64,000 bases of DNA from Planctomycetota bacterium (GCA_965223845.1 CBDCXR010000004.1:7168001-7232000); one strand, 5' to 3'. Shown: positions 1 to 9,800, counted from the stretch's first letter. Notes: generated by a model not told the origin, from the letters alone. Made by a program: numbers and translations.

Positions 1-1139
1 ATCACCATACGGTGCACTTCGGAAGGCCCGTCGTAGATGCGAAAGGCTCTCGCTTCCTGCGAAAACTGGGCGAGCGGAAGGTCGGTGCTCATGCCCGCGG
101 CGCCGCAGACCTGAATCGCACGATCGATGACGCGACCGACCGTCTCGGCGACGAACACCTTGCACTGCGAGGTTTCGACGCGCGCCTTTTCACCGCGGGC
201 GACGCGCCACGCGGCCGCTCGCGTGAGGAGTCTCGCGGCTTCGATCTCGGTCGCGCTGTCCGCGAGCATCCAGGCGATGGCTTGATGCTCGCCGAGTGTC
301 TTCCCGAATGCTTCTCGGACTTGCGCTCGTTCGATCGCGATGTCGAGTGAGCGCGCGGCGACGCCGAGCCAGCGCATGCAGTGGGTGAGACGTGCTGGAC
401 CGAGCCGCTTCTGCATGAGGCGATAGCCCTGGCCGACTTCGCCGAGGATTTGACTCGTGTGGACGCGACAAGCCGCGAGCTTCACTTCGCAGTGACCGCC
501 GGGGGTCGCGTCGCCGAGGGTGGGAACTTCGCGGACGATCTCGTAGCCGGGAGTGTTCGCATCGACGAGAAACAGCGTCATCGCTTCGCGCGGCCGAGCT
601 TCCGCATCGGTGACGCAAGCTACGATGGCGAAGGCCGCGCCAGCGGCGCCGGTGGAAAACCATTTGTGCGCATCGATGACCCAGTCGTCGCCGTCCTTCA
701 CCGCGCGCGATCGCATCATCGTCGGGTCGGAGCCCGCTCCCGGAGGCGGCTCCGTCATCGCGAACGCCGAGCGCATCTCGCCGCGGGCGAGAGGAAACAA
801 GTACGCTTCGCGCTGCGCTTCCGTCGCCGCGATATCGAGAAGGTGAGCATTTCCTTCGTCCGGTGCGCTGCAGCCGAGGGCGAGGGGGCCGAGGAGGCTC
901 CGTCCCGCAGCTTCGAGCACCGGCGCCGCCTCGAGAAGAGTGAGCCCGCGTCCACCGAGACTTGCCGGTAGCTGCGGCGCCCACAGCCCCGCCTCGCGAG
1001 CCGCACGGCGGACCGACTCGAGAGCGGCCGTCGGCGGCGTCCCGGGAAGATGCTCTTCGAGCGGGAGGACCTGCGATTCGATGAACTCTCGCGTTTTCTC
1101 GGCGAGCGCCTCGGCTTCCGGGCTGATGCTGAGATCCAT
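1..1139 (-). CDS. Acyl-CoA dehydrogenase (ACAD10/11 / LvaC-like), 3' end runs off the window
   Basis: Not in the ORF track because there is no stop in the window. The reverse strand reads MDLSISPEAEALAEKTREFIESQVLPLEE from ATG 1139 and ends ...QEARAFRIYDGPSEVHRMV, the ACAD C-terminal motif. Confidence 0.9.
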   Translation of the reverse strand, partial: MDLSISPEAEALAEKTREFIESQVLPLEEHLPGTPPTAALESVRRAAREAGLWAPQLPASLGGRGLTLLEAAPVLEAAGRSLLGPLALGCSAPDEGNAHLLDIAATEAQREAYLFPLARGEMRSAFAMTEPPPGAGSDPTMMRSRAVKDGDDWVIDAHKWFSTGAAGAAFAIVACVTDAEARPREAMTLFLVDANTPGYEIVREVPTLGDATPGGHCEVKLAACRVHTSQILGEVGQGYRLMQKRLGPARLTHCMRWLGVAARSLDIAIERAQVREAFGKTLGEHQAIAWMLADSATEIEAARLLTRAAAWRVARGEKARVETSQCKVFVAETVGRVIDRAIQVCGAAGMSTDLPLAQFSQEARAFRIYDGPSEVHRMV

Positions 1140-1188
1140 TCGGAGCTTCTGTCCTGAGTGGTTCGTTCGACGGACTCGCTGCGTCCGC

Positions 1189-1956
1189 TCAGTCGCTCTC
1201 TTCGCGTCCGCCCGCCTGCACGCCCGCGGCGAGCGATTCGATCGCGCGGCGACTCTGGGTGAAGATTTGTTCCATGGTCGTGAGGCGAAGTCCGCGTTTC
1301 GTGCGTTCGTACTCGGTGTAGTTGAGAAGACGGACGAAGGCGTGTCCGTCCGCATCGACATCGATGATGTTGATGCAGCCCGCGTCCTGCTCGAGGCGGC
1401 CGAAGCATTCGAGCGGCGCGCCGAGAACGTGACTCAGAATCGCGCGATTGGTTCCCCCGTGCGCGACGAGGAGTAGGACGCGCCAGTCCGACCCGTCGAC
1501 GATGCGAGTGTAGGCCGGAATGACGCGCTCGCGAAACGCGCCGTACTCTTCGCCGCCGAGGAAGCGATCCGTAGGCCCAACCTTGCGTGCGAGCGACTCG
1601 ACGAAGAATTGTTCGATCCCCCCCGGCGTCGCGGCCAGCTCCGCGGCCCAGTCTTTGAGCGGTCCCGGGCGGATCTCGGCGAGATCGCTCTCGCGCTCGA
1701 GCTCGAGCGCGCTTCCGCCGACGATCGTTCGCGCGGTCGCGTCCGTTCGTTCGAGGCCGCTCGTCACGACGCGATCGATCGGTTCATCGGCGAGGACGTT
1801 CGCGAGCTCCGCCGCCTGTGCGCGGCCGCGAACGCTGAGCGGAAGCTGCTCCGTCGGCAACGGCCGACCGGCCTCGTCGAAATAGTTCACGTCGGCGTGA
1901 CGGATGAGGATGACGCGGCGGCGATCGCGCACGCGCTGTTCGATGAGCGATTCCAT
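1189..1956 (-). CDS. Histidine phosphatase (phosphoglycerate mutase-like) family protein
   Basis: LIRHA motif, S-GL-R, GE, and LLVAHGGTNRAIL. Confidence 0.9.
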   Translation of the reverse strand: MESLIEQRVRDRRRVILIRHADVNYFDEAGRPLPTEQLPLSVRGRAQAAELANVLADEPIDRVVTSGLERTDATARTIVGGSALELERESDLAEIRPGPLKDWAAELAATPGGIEQFFVESLARKVGPTDRFLGGEEYGAFRERVIPAYTRIVDGSDWRVLLLVAHGGTNRAILSHVLGAPLECFGRLEQDAGCINIIDVDADGHAFVRLLNYTEYERTKRGLRLTTMEQIFTQSRRAIESLAAGVQAGGREESD

Positions 1957-2173
1957 GGTGCACCCATGCTAACTCCGGTTTCCCCGGATTCTACCGCGCG
2001 GCTGAGCTCGGGCCGTCAGCAGCGTCTTCCGGATCGACTCCGGACGCGGATGCGCCTTTCTTCGCAGGTCCGACTGGGGCATCGTTGGCTCCGCGGAGGC
2101 TCGCTCCTCGGGCGCGGCCGCGAGATTGTCAGCTCCATAGGGGTTCCTCGATGCACGAACGACGGGTGATTTC

Positions 2174-3208
2174 ATGAACGATCTCGAGCTCGCGTCCCGA
2201 CTCGCTCGCTTCCTCACGGAGGCGCAGGACGGAGCCGCGGTGAGCGTCAGTGGAGTGCGCGCTCTCGCCGGCGGTGCATCGCGCGCGGCGTACGCGTTCG
2301 ACGCGACGGGGTGGCGAGGCGGGTCGGGCGGCGATCCCCTTCGCGCAGTCCTTCGTCTCGATCTCGGCGGAGAGATTCACGCTTCGTCGCTCTCGCGCCG
2401 GGCCGAGTTCGACGTGCTGCGGGTCGCGCGTGAGCGCGGAGTTCCCGTCCCGCGTGTGATCGCCGTGTGCGACGACGCGTCCGTACTCGGCCGCGATTTC
2501 TTGATCATGGAGCGAGTCGAAGGCGAGACGATCGGCGCGAAGATCGTCCGCCGGCCGGACCTCGCGGCGGCCCGAGAAAATCTACCGGCGCAGATGGGAG
2601 CTGCGCTCGCGCGGATCCACGCGATCGATCCTGAGTCGCTCGAGATTCTTCCGCGCCCGGTGAACGGAGCCTCTACCGTGCGTTCGGTTCTCGCGCGCGC
2701 ACGATCGGAGCTGGGGCGCGCGGGCGGAGCGCACCCGCTCATCGAAGCAGCTTTTCTGTGGCTGGACGCCCACGCGCCGGCCGGAGTCGAGCCGACGGTC
2801 GTCCACGGGGACTTTCGCCTCGGGAACGTCGTCGTCGGCGCGGACGGACTCGAGTCCGTTCTCGACTGGGAGTTCACCTGCGTGGGCGATCCCTACGAAG
2901 ACCTCGCGTGGCCGTTCGTCCGCGACTGGCGCTTCGGTGTCGACACGCTCCGCTTTGCGGGAATCTCCGATGGCGAGGACTTTCTCCGCGCCTACGAGAG
3001 CGCGGTGAACACCGTAGTGGATCGCCGGCGGCTCCGGTACTGGGAGGCCATCGGCAACCTCCGCTGGGCGATCGGCTGCCTCACGCAGGTGCTCCGGTAC
3101 ACGAGCGGGGAAGAGCGAAGCGTCGAGCTCGCGAGCCTCGGAAGGCGCTCGGTCGAAATGCAGCTCGAGCTGGCGACGCTCATCGAGGAGCTCGATCGCG
3201 CGGGCTGA
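2174..3208 (+). CDS. APH-like phosphotransferase (ACAD10/11 N-terminal / LvaA-like)
   Basis: LAGGASR, HGDFRLGN and VLDWE motifs; divergent from the ACAD and His-phosphatase genes. Confidence 0.9.
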   Translation: MNDLELASRLARFLTEAQDGAAVSVSGVRALAGGASRAAYAFDATGWRGGSGGDPLRAVLRLDLGGEIHASSLSRRAEFDVLRVARERGVPVPRVIAVCDDASVLGRDFLIMERVEGETIGAKIVRRPDLAAARENLPAQMGAALARIHAIDPESLEILPRPVNGASTVRSVLARARSELGRAGGAHPLIEAAFLWLDAHAPAGVEPTVVHGDFRLGNVVVGADGLESVLDWEFTCVGDPYEDLAWPFVRDWRFGVDTLRFAGISDGEDFLRAYESAVNTVVDRRRLRYWEAIGNLRWAIGCLTQVLRYTSGEERSVELASLGRRSVEMQLELATLIEELDRAG

Positions 3209-3220
3209 CCTGCGTTTCTG

Positions 3221-3327
3221 ACCCGATTCTACTGCGACACCTTAGGGTGAGAGCTGAGCATCGCTCACCTCGTTCGTCCTCGCCGCTCAGCTCACCGAAC
3301 CTGGTGAGGAATGCGGGCTCATCGGGT
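3221..3327. repeat. Inverted-repeat-bounded structured intergenic element
   Basis: ACCCGAT (3221-3227) pairs with ATCGGGT (3321-3327). Inside, GAGCTGAGC/GCTCAGCTC forms a stem and GGTGAG/CTCACC recurs. Lies between convergent genes. Confidence 0.4.
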
Positions 3328-3336
3328 GCGCGTCGG

Positions 3337-4389
3337 CTAGCGTTCGGCCGGCACCTCGTACGCGCGTCCGCCGAGCACGGCGACGAGCATCGCGAGCTCC
3401 TCGCGAATCTTCGCTCCCTGTGCCATCGAGTCGAGCCGCCGGGCGCGCGTGACGCTGAGGAGTCGCCCGTCCGCGTCAAACTCCGCCATCGCTTCGAACG
3501 GCGAGCTTCGGAGCGCGGTGAGGAAGTTGTAGCGAACGTCTATGAGGTGCACGGCGTGACCGCCGCCTGGGCGCGGTTCGAGTTCAACGTGCACGAAACC
3601 CTGCGCGAACTCGGAGAAGAGCCGCCCCTCATCGGACGCGAGTGCTCGCTCGGCGAGGGGGTGAGACGCCTTTGCCAGTCGCCGGTACGCCGGAGGATGC
3701 GAAGCGAGCGTCGAGACGAAGCCGGCGACGAGATCGCCCGTCGCGTCGCGTGCGGTGAGGCGCCAGACGATGGTGTTGAACAGCGTCGGCGTGGCCCGAA
3801 GCTCCGCCACCTCGACCCCCGCTTCGGTCAGCGCCTCGTGACCGCGCTCGAGCGCGATGCGCGACTGCCAAAAGCCGAAGCCGGCGTAGAGTGAGCTCAC
3901 GGCGAGCGCGATCCACGCGGCACGGCGGATCGACGATTCGTGGGCTCGGCGACGGCGCGCGACGACGAACGCGACGAGGAGCGGAAGAGTGTACAGTGGG
4001 TCGATGACGGCGATCGCGTCGAGCGCGAAACGCCCGTCGGAGAGTGGCCAGAGGAGCTGAGTTCCGTACGAGGTTCCCCAATCGAGGAGCGGGTGGCTGA
4101 GGAGCGCAGCGAGTGCCGCCGCCGTCCACGCTCCGAGCGAGCCGGTCCGAGCGAACCGGTGGCCGAGCCAGCCGCATCCGAGCGCGATCGCCGGCAGGAT
4201 CAGGAGCGAGTGCGTCGCGCCGCGGTGGTAAGCGAGAAACGTCCAGTCACCCCAGAGCATGGTGACGATGTCGAGATCGGGCGCGGCTCCACACGCCGCG
4301 CCGTACCAGCCCGCATTTCGGCCCAACCGATCGCGAAAACCGGCTTCGACGATCGCGCCGCCGAGAACCGCTTGGCTCACCGGATCCAC
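3337..4389 (-). CDS. Membrane-bound metal-dependent hydrolase (YdjM-like)
   Basis: GTG start giving MDPVSQAVLG; PDLD, HRGATHS and SHPLLD motifs; transmembrane helices. Confidence 0.88.
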   Translation of the reverse strand: MDPVSQAVLGGAIVEAGFRDRLGRNAGWYGAACGAAPDLDIVTMLWGDWTFLAYHRGATHSLLILPAIALGCGWLGHRFARTGSLGAWTAAALAALLSHPLLDWGTSYGTQLLWPLSDGRFALDAIAVIDPLYTLPLLVAFVVARRRRAHESSIRRAAWIALAVSSLYAGFGFWQSRIALERGHEALTEAGVEVAELRATPTLFNTIVWRLTARDATGDLVAGFVSTLASHPPAYRRLAKASHPLAERALASDEGRLFSEFAQGFVHVELEPRPGGGHAVHLIDVRYNFLTALRSSPFEAMAEFDADGRLLSVTRARRLDSMAQGAKIREELAMLVAVLGGRAYEVPAER

Positions 4390-4673
4390 GGCTGCTCTCC
4401 ACGAGGAGCGGGATCGAATGCCCAGGTTTTGGGCAGATACGAGACGTGTGGGCGGGCGACGGACGCGCAACGGTCGCGAGCCCTCGCCGCGTTCGATCGC
4501 TGTTCCCGCCGCGCGAATCGGCTCGGTCCGTCCGTCGCAGCTCGAAACGGGCCCCGGAGTTGCCGCGATGATGGCACGCGCGGAGCGGCACTCCAGCAAG
4601 ATTCGCGCCGAGCGACCGACGTCGGCGAGCGCGGCTCCGTCGTCGTAGACTTACTCAAGGGGCGAAACTCCGG

Positions 4674-5366
4674 ATGCAGATTCCAGTGACGACGATCCCC
4701 GCTCCTCACCGTTCGACCATTGCCGTCTCGGCGTCTCGAGCTCGCGAGGAGTTTTTCAACAGCCTGACGCACGGCGTGGGATTCCTCCTTACGCTCTTCG
4801 GCGTCCCGGCCCTCATCGCCTGTGCCGCCGGGAATGGAGACGCGTGGACGCTCGTCGGCTGCTCCGTCTACGGCGGCGGGCTCACGGTCATGTATCTCGT
4901 GTCGACGATTTACCACGGTGTCGCCGCGCGACCGAGTCGTGACACCTGGCGGCGACTCGATCATATCTGCATCTTTCTCTTCATCGCCGCGACGTACACG
5001 CCGTTTGCGCTCGTCCACCTGCGCGGTCCTACGGGTTGGCTGATCCTGAGCGTCGTGTGGTCCATCGCACTCGTCGGCATCACCTGCAAGCTCGTCCTCG
5101 AGGTGAACTCGCACTGGGTGTCGACGGTCAGCTACGTGATCATGGGGTGGCTCTGCCTCCTCGTCGTCAAGCCGATGATCGAGTCGGTGCCGCTCGGTGC
5201 GGTGCTCTGGCTCTTTGCCGGAGGGGTGACGTACACGCTCGGAACGGTGTTCTACATCCGCGACCACCGCCCGTACTACCACGTGATTTGGCACTGTTTC
5301 GTGCTCGCCGGCAGCGCGTGTCACTACGTCGCGATCTATTCGTACGTCATTCCGCCGATCGCTTGA
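4674..5366 (+). CDS. Hemolysin III / PAQR family membrane protein
   Basis: EEFFNSLTHG, STIYH, RRLDHICIFLFIAATYTPF and HVIWHCFVLAGS motifs; about 7 TM helices. Confidence 0.93.
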   Translation: MQIPVTTIPAPHRSTIAVSASRAREEFFNSLTHGVGFLLTLFGVPALIACAAGNGDAWTLVGCSVYGGGLTVMYLVSTIYHGVAARPSRDTWRRLDHICIFLFIAATYTPFALVHLRGPTGWLILSVVWSIALVGITCKLVLEVNSHWVSTVSYVIMGWLCLLVVKPMIESVPLGAVLWLFAGGVTYTLGTVFYIRDHRPYYHVIWHCFVLAGSACHYVAIYSYVIPPIA

Positions 5367-5384
5367 TCGACCGGAAGCCGGTGT

Positions 5385-5822
5385 TCAGTCGAACGATCCG
5401 CTCGCGATCGCCTCGCGAATCCGCTTTTTGAGTTCGTCGCGGACGAGCCGCGCGGTGCGCAGTTGCTCGTCTTCGTCATCGATCGCGGCGGGATCGGGAA
5501 GCGGCCACCGGAGTCGGGTCACCTCGCCGGGGAACACCGGGCAGTCGCGATCCGCGTTGCTGCAGACGCTCACGATGACGTGTGGGGTGACTTCCGACGG
5601 CGGGAGAAACTCGTCGATGCTCTTCGAGCGATGCGCCGAAAGATCGATGCCGAGCTCGGCCATCACCGTCGTTGCAACCGTATGGATCGTACCGGACGGA
5701 CGCGCACCGGCGGATTGGGCGACATAGCGGTCGCCACCCTCGTGTCGGAGGAGGGCCTCGCCCATGTGGCTGCGACAGGAGTTTCCGGTGCAGAGAAATA
5801 AGACTCGTCTTCGTGCATCCAT
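5385..5822 (-). CDS. arsC: Arsenate reductase ArsC / LMW-PTP fold
   Basis: VLFLCTGNSCRSHM, VC..A...CPVFPG and WPLPDP motifs. Confidence 0.85.
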   Translation of the reverse strand: MDARRRVLFLCTGNSCRSHMGEALLRHEGGDRYVAQSAGARPSGTIHTVATTVMAELGIDLSAHRSKSIDEFLPPSEVTPHVIVSVCSNADRDCPVFPGEVTRLRWPLPDPAAIDDEDEQLRTARLVRDELKKRIREAIASGSFD

Positions 5823-5992
5823 GCTTCGCCTCGATGAGTTCGGTGCGTTTCCCGCGCGGGAGTGTACCCGATCGGTCGCGCGGGAGAACGTGGCGGATTC
5901 CTTCCGCCGCGCGCAATCCGAAGCCGCGGGCGTTCGCACCTCGCGACGTGTGGAGGCGTTGTTTGGCCTGCGGTTTTTCCTTATTTCTTGGC

Positions 5993-6021
5993 TTGACGAA
6001 GAGAATCGGAGCGTCTATCGT
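5993..6021 (+). promoter_or_regulatory. Sigma70-type promoter with AT-rich UP-like tract
   Basis: TTGACG (5993-5998), 17-bp spacer, TATCGT (6016-6021), preceded by TTTTTCCTTATTTCTT, which is unusual in this GC-rich DNA. Confidence 0.65.
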
Positions 6022-6027
6022 CGATTT

Positions 6028-6830
6028 CACTTGCGGGCGCAAAGGCGTCCGCTAAGAATCCGCGACCGGAACGGAAACGCGGGTTCGCGCTCCGGCGGTT
6101 CAGAGGCCGCGTCGAAACGAACGCGGGGTCAACGCCGGAGGTCGGAGGGCGCTCGGTCGCACCTCCTTGCAGAAGCTCAGGGTTGAGGCTCGGACAATCG
6201 CGCTCGATTCGCGTGCGCGACGGGGCGCCGAGCGGTCAATCGTATGGCCGACGCCGTCGAGAGCGGTTACCGGCCCGCGAATTCGAGTTGGCTTGAACAA
6301 GTCTCGACGCTTTGTCGAAGAGAGAAGAGGCCGAGAGGCGGTCTCGTCGGTTAAAAGAGGCGGCTGCACAGCCCGCACCGCCTGACCGAAGCCGCGACGA
6401 GAGTTTGCCACTGCCGCTAAGACACAGCTTCCCGACGTCAGCGGAACACGAACAGTCGCGGCGCCCCGTCGTCGCGCACCGGTCCGCTGAAGCGGAGCGC
6501 CGAGACGACTTAGATACACGGGCGCTTACAGAACCAGCGGGGACTGCGACCTGAATCCGGCGCGGTGCCGGCTGTAGAACGGCCGGCGATCGATGTCCGA
6601 CCTTCGACGCGACGGCAAAGGATTGCAGTCTCGGATCGACCGAGCGGTCGGCTGAACTCGTGCATGCTCGCACCGCGTGCATGCTGGTGACGGTCACCTG
6701 ACTCTTGCGAGTCGCGGTGACGGTCTCGAGTTGGGAAACACTGACGTGGACGCTACCCTCGTGACCTGTCGTCGTGAGGTCCGATGCGTGAGGGATCGAT
6801 GTCCGACCGAAGCGTTGCACGCATGCGAGA
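6028..6830 (+). ncRNA. Candidate large structured ncRNA or very long 5' leader (~800 nt), family unassigned
   Basis: No credible ORF; a continuous series of hairpins with G-U pairs; an 18-bp long-range helix (6213-6230 with 6459-6479); a repeated 15-mer; starts just after a sigma70 promoter. Confidence 0.5.
6588..6808 (+). repeat. Exact 15-bp direct repeat GATCGATGTCCGACC (6588-6602 and 6794-6808)
   Basis: Read directly from the sequence. A 10-mer, GGTGACGGTC, also repeats at 6686-6695 and 6716-6725. Confidence 0.8.
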
Positions 6831-6847
6831 ATTGAAGAGGCAGACGG

Positions 6848-9800
6848 TTGGCTAGCACGCCGAGCGACAAGTCCGCGAAGAAGAAGTCAAAGAAGAAGAC
6901 TTCGACCGGAACGAAGAAGAAGACGTCCAAGTCCGCGGCGACAAAGACGACGAAGTCGACATCGAAAAAGAAGAAGACGACGAAGAAGAAGGTAGCCAAG
7001 AAGACGGCGAAGAAGACGACCAAAAGGTCGGCATCGTCGTCGAGCCCGGCGTCTTCAAAGGCTAAGTCGTCGAAGAACGGGTCCGCGGCGACCGGTGCGA
7101 ACCCGAGCGACGCGCCCACGCCGCCGGAGGTCGCGGAGGGACGGGCCGCGCCGAGGCGATCGGGTGCTCGAAACGCCGGCGCGAACACCGCGCGAGACGA
7201 TGCGAGGTCGCGCTCCGGTGCACGGCCGGCTGCGCGCCGAACCGCAGACGCTAGACCCCGGACGAGTGACGCCGGGGACGCGCCCTCGTCCGGCTCGACT
7301 CGCTCGCCGCGCGATGTCGAGTCCTCGACGACCGTCGAGACGAGGAGCGCTCCTCCCGGCGACGCTCCCTCGCGGCGGGACTCTCGCTATCGCGGCCGAC
7401 GCGGTGAGCCGAGTGGGGGTTCGAACAATGGACGCGCGCCGAATCGTGGACCGCAGAGACGCCCGGCGTCCGGCCCGGGGGGACGCCGAGGTGGGAGGAG
7501 GCGCCCGCCCGGACAGCACGAGGCGCGGCGAGGTGCGTCTCCCGAAGGTGATCTCAACGGGCGCCGCGACGGTTCACCCGCTCGAACTCACTCCTCTCGA
7601 ACCGGGCCGAGCGCTCATCCTCAGCGCGGACGCGGTCCGCGACGTCGTCCCCATCCGCAGCGTTCGCCGCGCCGCCAGCACGGACATCGGGGCGCGCGCG
7701 GCCCGCGACTTCCGGATGGCCCGGCCGGTCTCGTCTACGTCGTCGACGCGAGCGCTCCGATCGGCTCGACCGGAGTCCTCCGCGTCTACTACCGTCAGCC
7801 GAGAGCGGGCGGCGGAGACGCGGGCCGCGGCTCGAAGCAGCAGCGACGGCGCACGGCGTCGTTGACGCCGCTCACCATCGATCGCCAGCTCAGTCGCCAC
7901 GCGAAGCACCCCCTCGACCACCGGATCACCGGCCTTCTTCTCCGCCTCCCGAGGCAGTCGAAGAGCGCGGCGCGCAAGAAGACGCGAGGCCCGCAGAGAA
8001 AAAAGGCTCGCACCAAAATCGTACCGGGAAGCGCCGTGACGGTGACGGAGAAGGCCTGGCGCACCCTGATGCCGTGGTTGCTCGAAACGAAGCGGTTCTT
8101 TCTGCTCCAGCCGGGGAGCCAGCAGCGCGCAGTCCCGGTCATCGAAGAGGAGCTCGTTCCGCTTCAGTTCCATCTTCTCCTCGAGCGCATCAAGAAGCGC
8201 GGCGACTTCCATCTCACCTGCCGCTTTGTGCGCGGTAACAAGACGCTTCTCTACAAGTCGCAAGTGCTCCTCATCACGGACGGCGAAGAGGGCATGTTGC
8301 TCCGGCGGTCGGGTCGTATCAGCAAGGTTCAGTTCGACGGCTCGGTCGCGTGGCTGAAGGCGCTTCGTCGCGGACGATTTCGCCACGTTCCGAAGCGCAA
8401 GATCGCCTCGCTCCTCAAGATCTTCGAGCGATCGACGACGCTGCCGATGGTGCACTTTCCGTCGGTGCTGCGCGTGAAGCCGATCGAGGGCGTCGAGCCG
8501 CGGCCCGAGCTCAAGCTCGATAGCGGCACGCAGGAAGTCGACGCGGAGGTGACCTTTCGCTACGGCGAAAACCTCGTGCGTGCCGCGCGTCCGGGGAAGC
8601 GGTTCTTCTCTCTCAAGCAGCGATGTCTCGTCGTACGCAACCTCGACGCCGAAGGCGCCCGCGCGGTCGAGCTCCTCCAGGCCGGCTTTACGTACGACAA
8701 CAACAAACACTCGTTCGGCCTCTCGGCGGATCTCCTCGTGACCGCGGCCCCCGCGCTGTTCGAGCTCGGGTGGACTCTGCACGGAAAGCGGATGCCGTTC
8801 CGTCCTCCGACCGGGATGGACGTCGACGTTACGACCGGACCCGACTACATCGATGTCGATGTGACGGTGAGGTTCGGCGACCAGAAGATCAAGGTGCCGC
8901 AGCTCCTCGAAGCGATGCGAGAGGGAAACCGGATGATTGTCCTCAAGCAGGGCGTCGTCGGTGTGCTCCCATCCGATTGGATCGAAAAGAATGCGGCGTG
9001 GATGGAGCTCGGTCAGCTCCACGGCGACAAGCTGAGACTTCGCCGCAACCAATCGTCGATGATCGACGCGCTCGTCGAAGAGAACATCAAGGCGCGGCTC
9101 GATCAGGGGTTCAGCTTCGAGAAGAATCGGCTCGAGGGATTCGAGGGCGTCGAGGAGTGCGACCCCACCGACGATTTCTGCGGCGAGCTGCGCGCCTACC
9201 AGCGATTCGGTCTCGGTTGGCTCCGCTTCCTCGACCGGATGGCGTGGGGCGGGTGTCTCGCCGACGATATGGGACTCGGAAAGACCGTGCAGGCCCTCGC
9301 GCTTCTCCAGCTCCACAAGGCGGACGGCCGCGAGGGGACGACGCTCGTCGTCGCGCCGAAATCGCTGATCTTCAACTGGGAGCGCGAGGCGAAGAAGTTC
9401 ACTCCGGATCTGCGCTGTGCGAGCTACCACGGTCCGAAGCGCGCGCAGCTCCTCGAATCGATCGAGGACTACGATCTCCTCTTCACGACCTACGGCACGG
9501 TACGCCAGGACGTCGAGATCCTCTCGCAGCAACAGTTCTTCTACGTGATCCTCGACGAAGCGCAGGCGATTAAGAACGTCGACTCGCAGAACTCGAAGTC
9601 GGCGCGACTCCTCAACGCCGAGCGGCGTCTGATTCTCAGTGGAACGCCGGTCGAGAACCACCTCGGCGAGCTCTGGTCGCTGTTCGATTTCATCAATCCC
9701 GGCATGCTCGGAACCTACGCCGCATTCAAGCGTCGATTCGGCGGGGAGCGCGGCGTCGACTCGGGCAGTCTCGCATTTCTCCGGCGGACGCTCCGGCCGT

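Noticed and set aside
6030-6056. GGGCGCAAAG...CTAAG resembling part of a c-di-GMP-I riboswitch
   Set aside because: The upstream GGCAAA/GNRA P2 stem is missing and the segment folds as a simple hairpin.
6100-6820. Short ORFs inside the large intergenic region (6100-6519, 6236-6820, 6312-6554)
   Set aside because: Arg/Ser/Ala-rich with no motifs and no convincing codon bias, as expected by chance in GC-rich DNA. Not fully excluded without ribosome profiling.
6028-6830. tmRNA, RNase P RNA or group II intron as the identity of the structured region
   Set aside because: I found no tRNA-like CCA end, no GAGGAAAGTCC-type P4 signature and no domain V helix. The GTGCG at 6213 is buried in a long helix.
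6694-7188. Minus-strand ORF rich in Phe/Val that looks like a membrane protein
   Set aside because: It is the antisense shadow of the AAG-rich Lys codons in the SNF2 tail.
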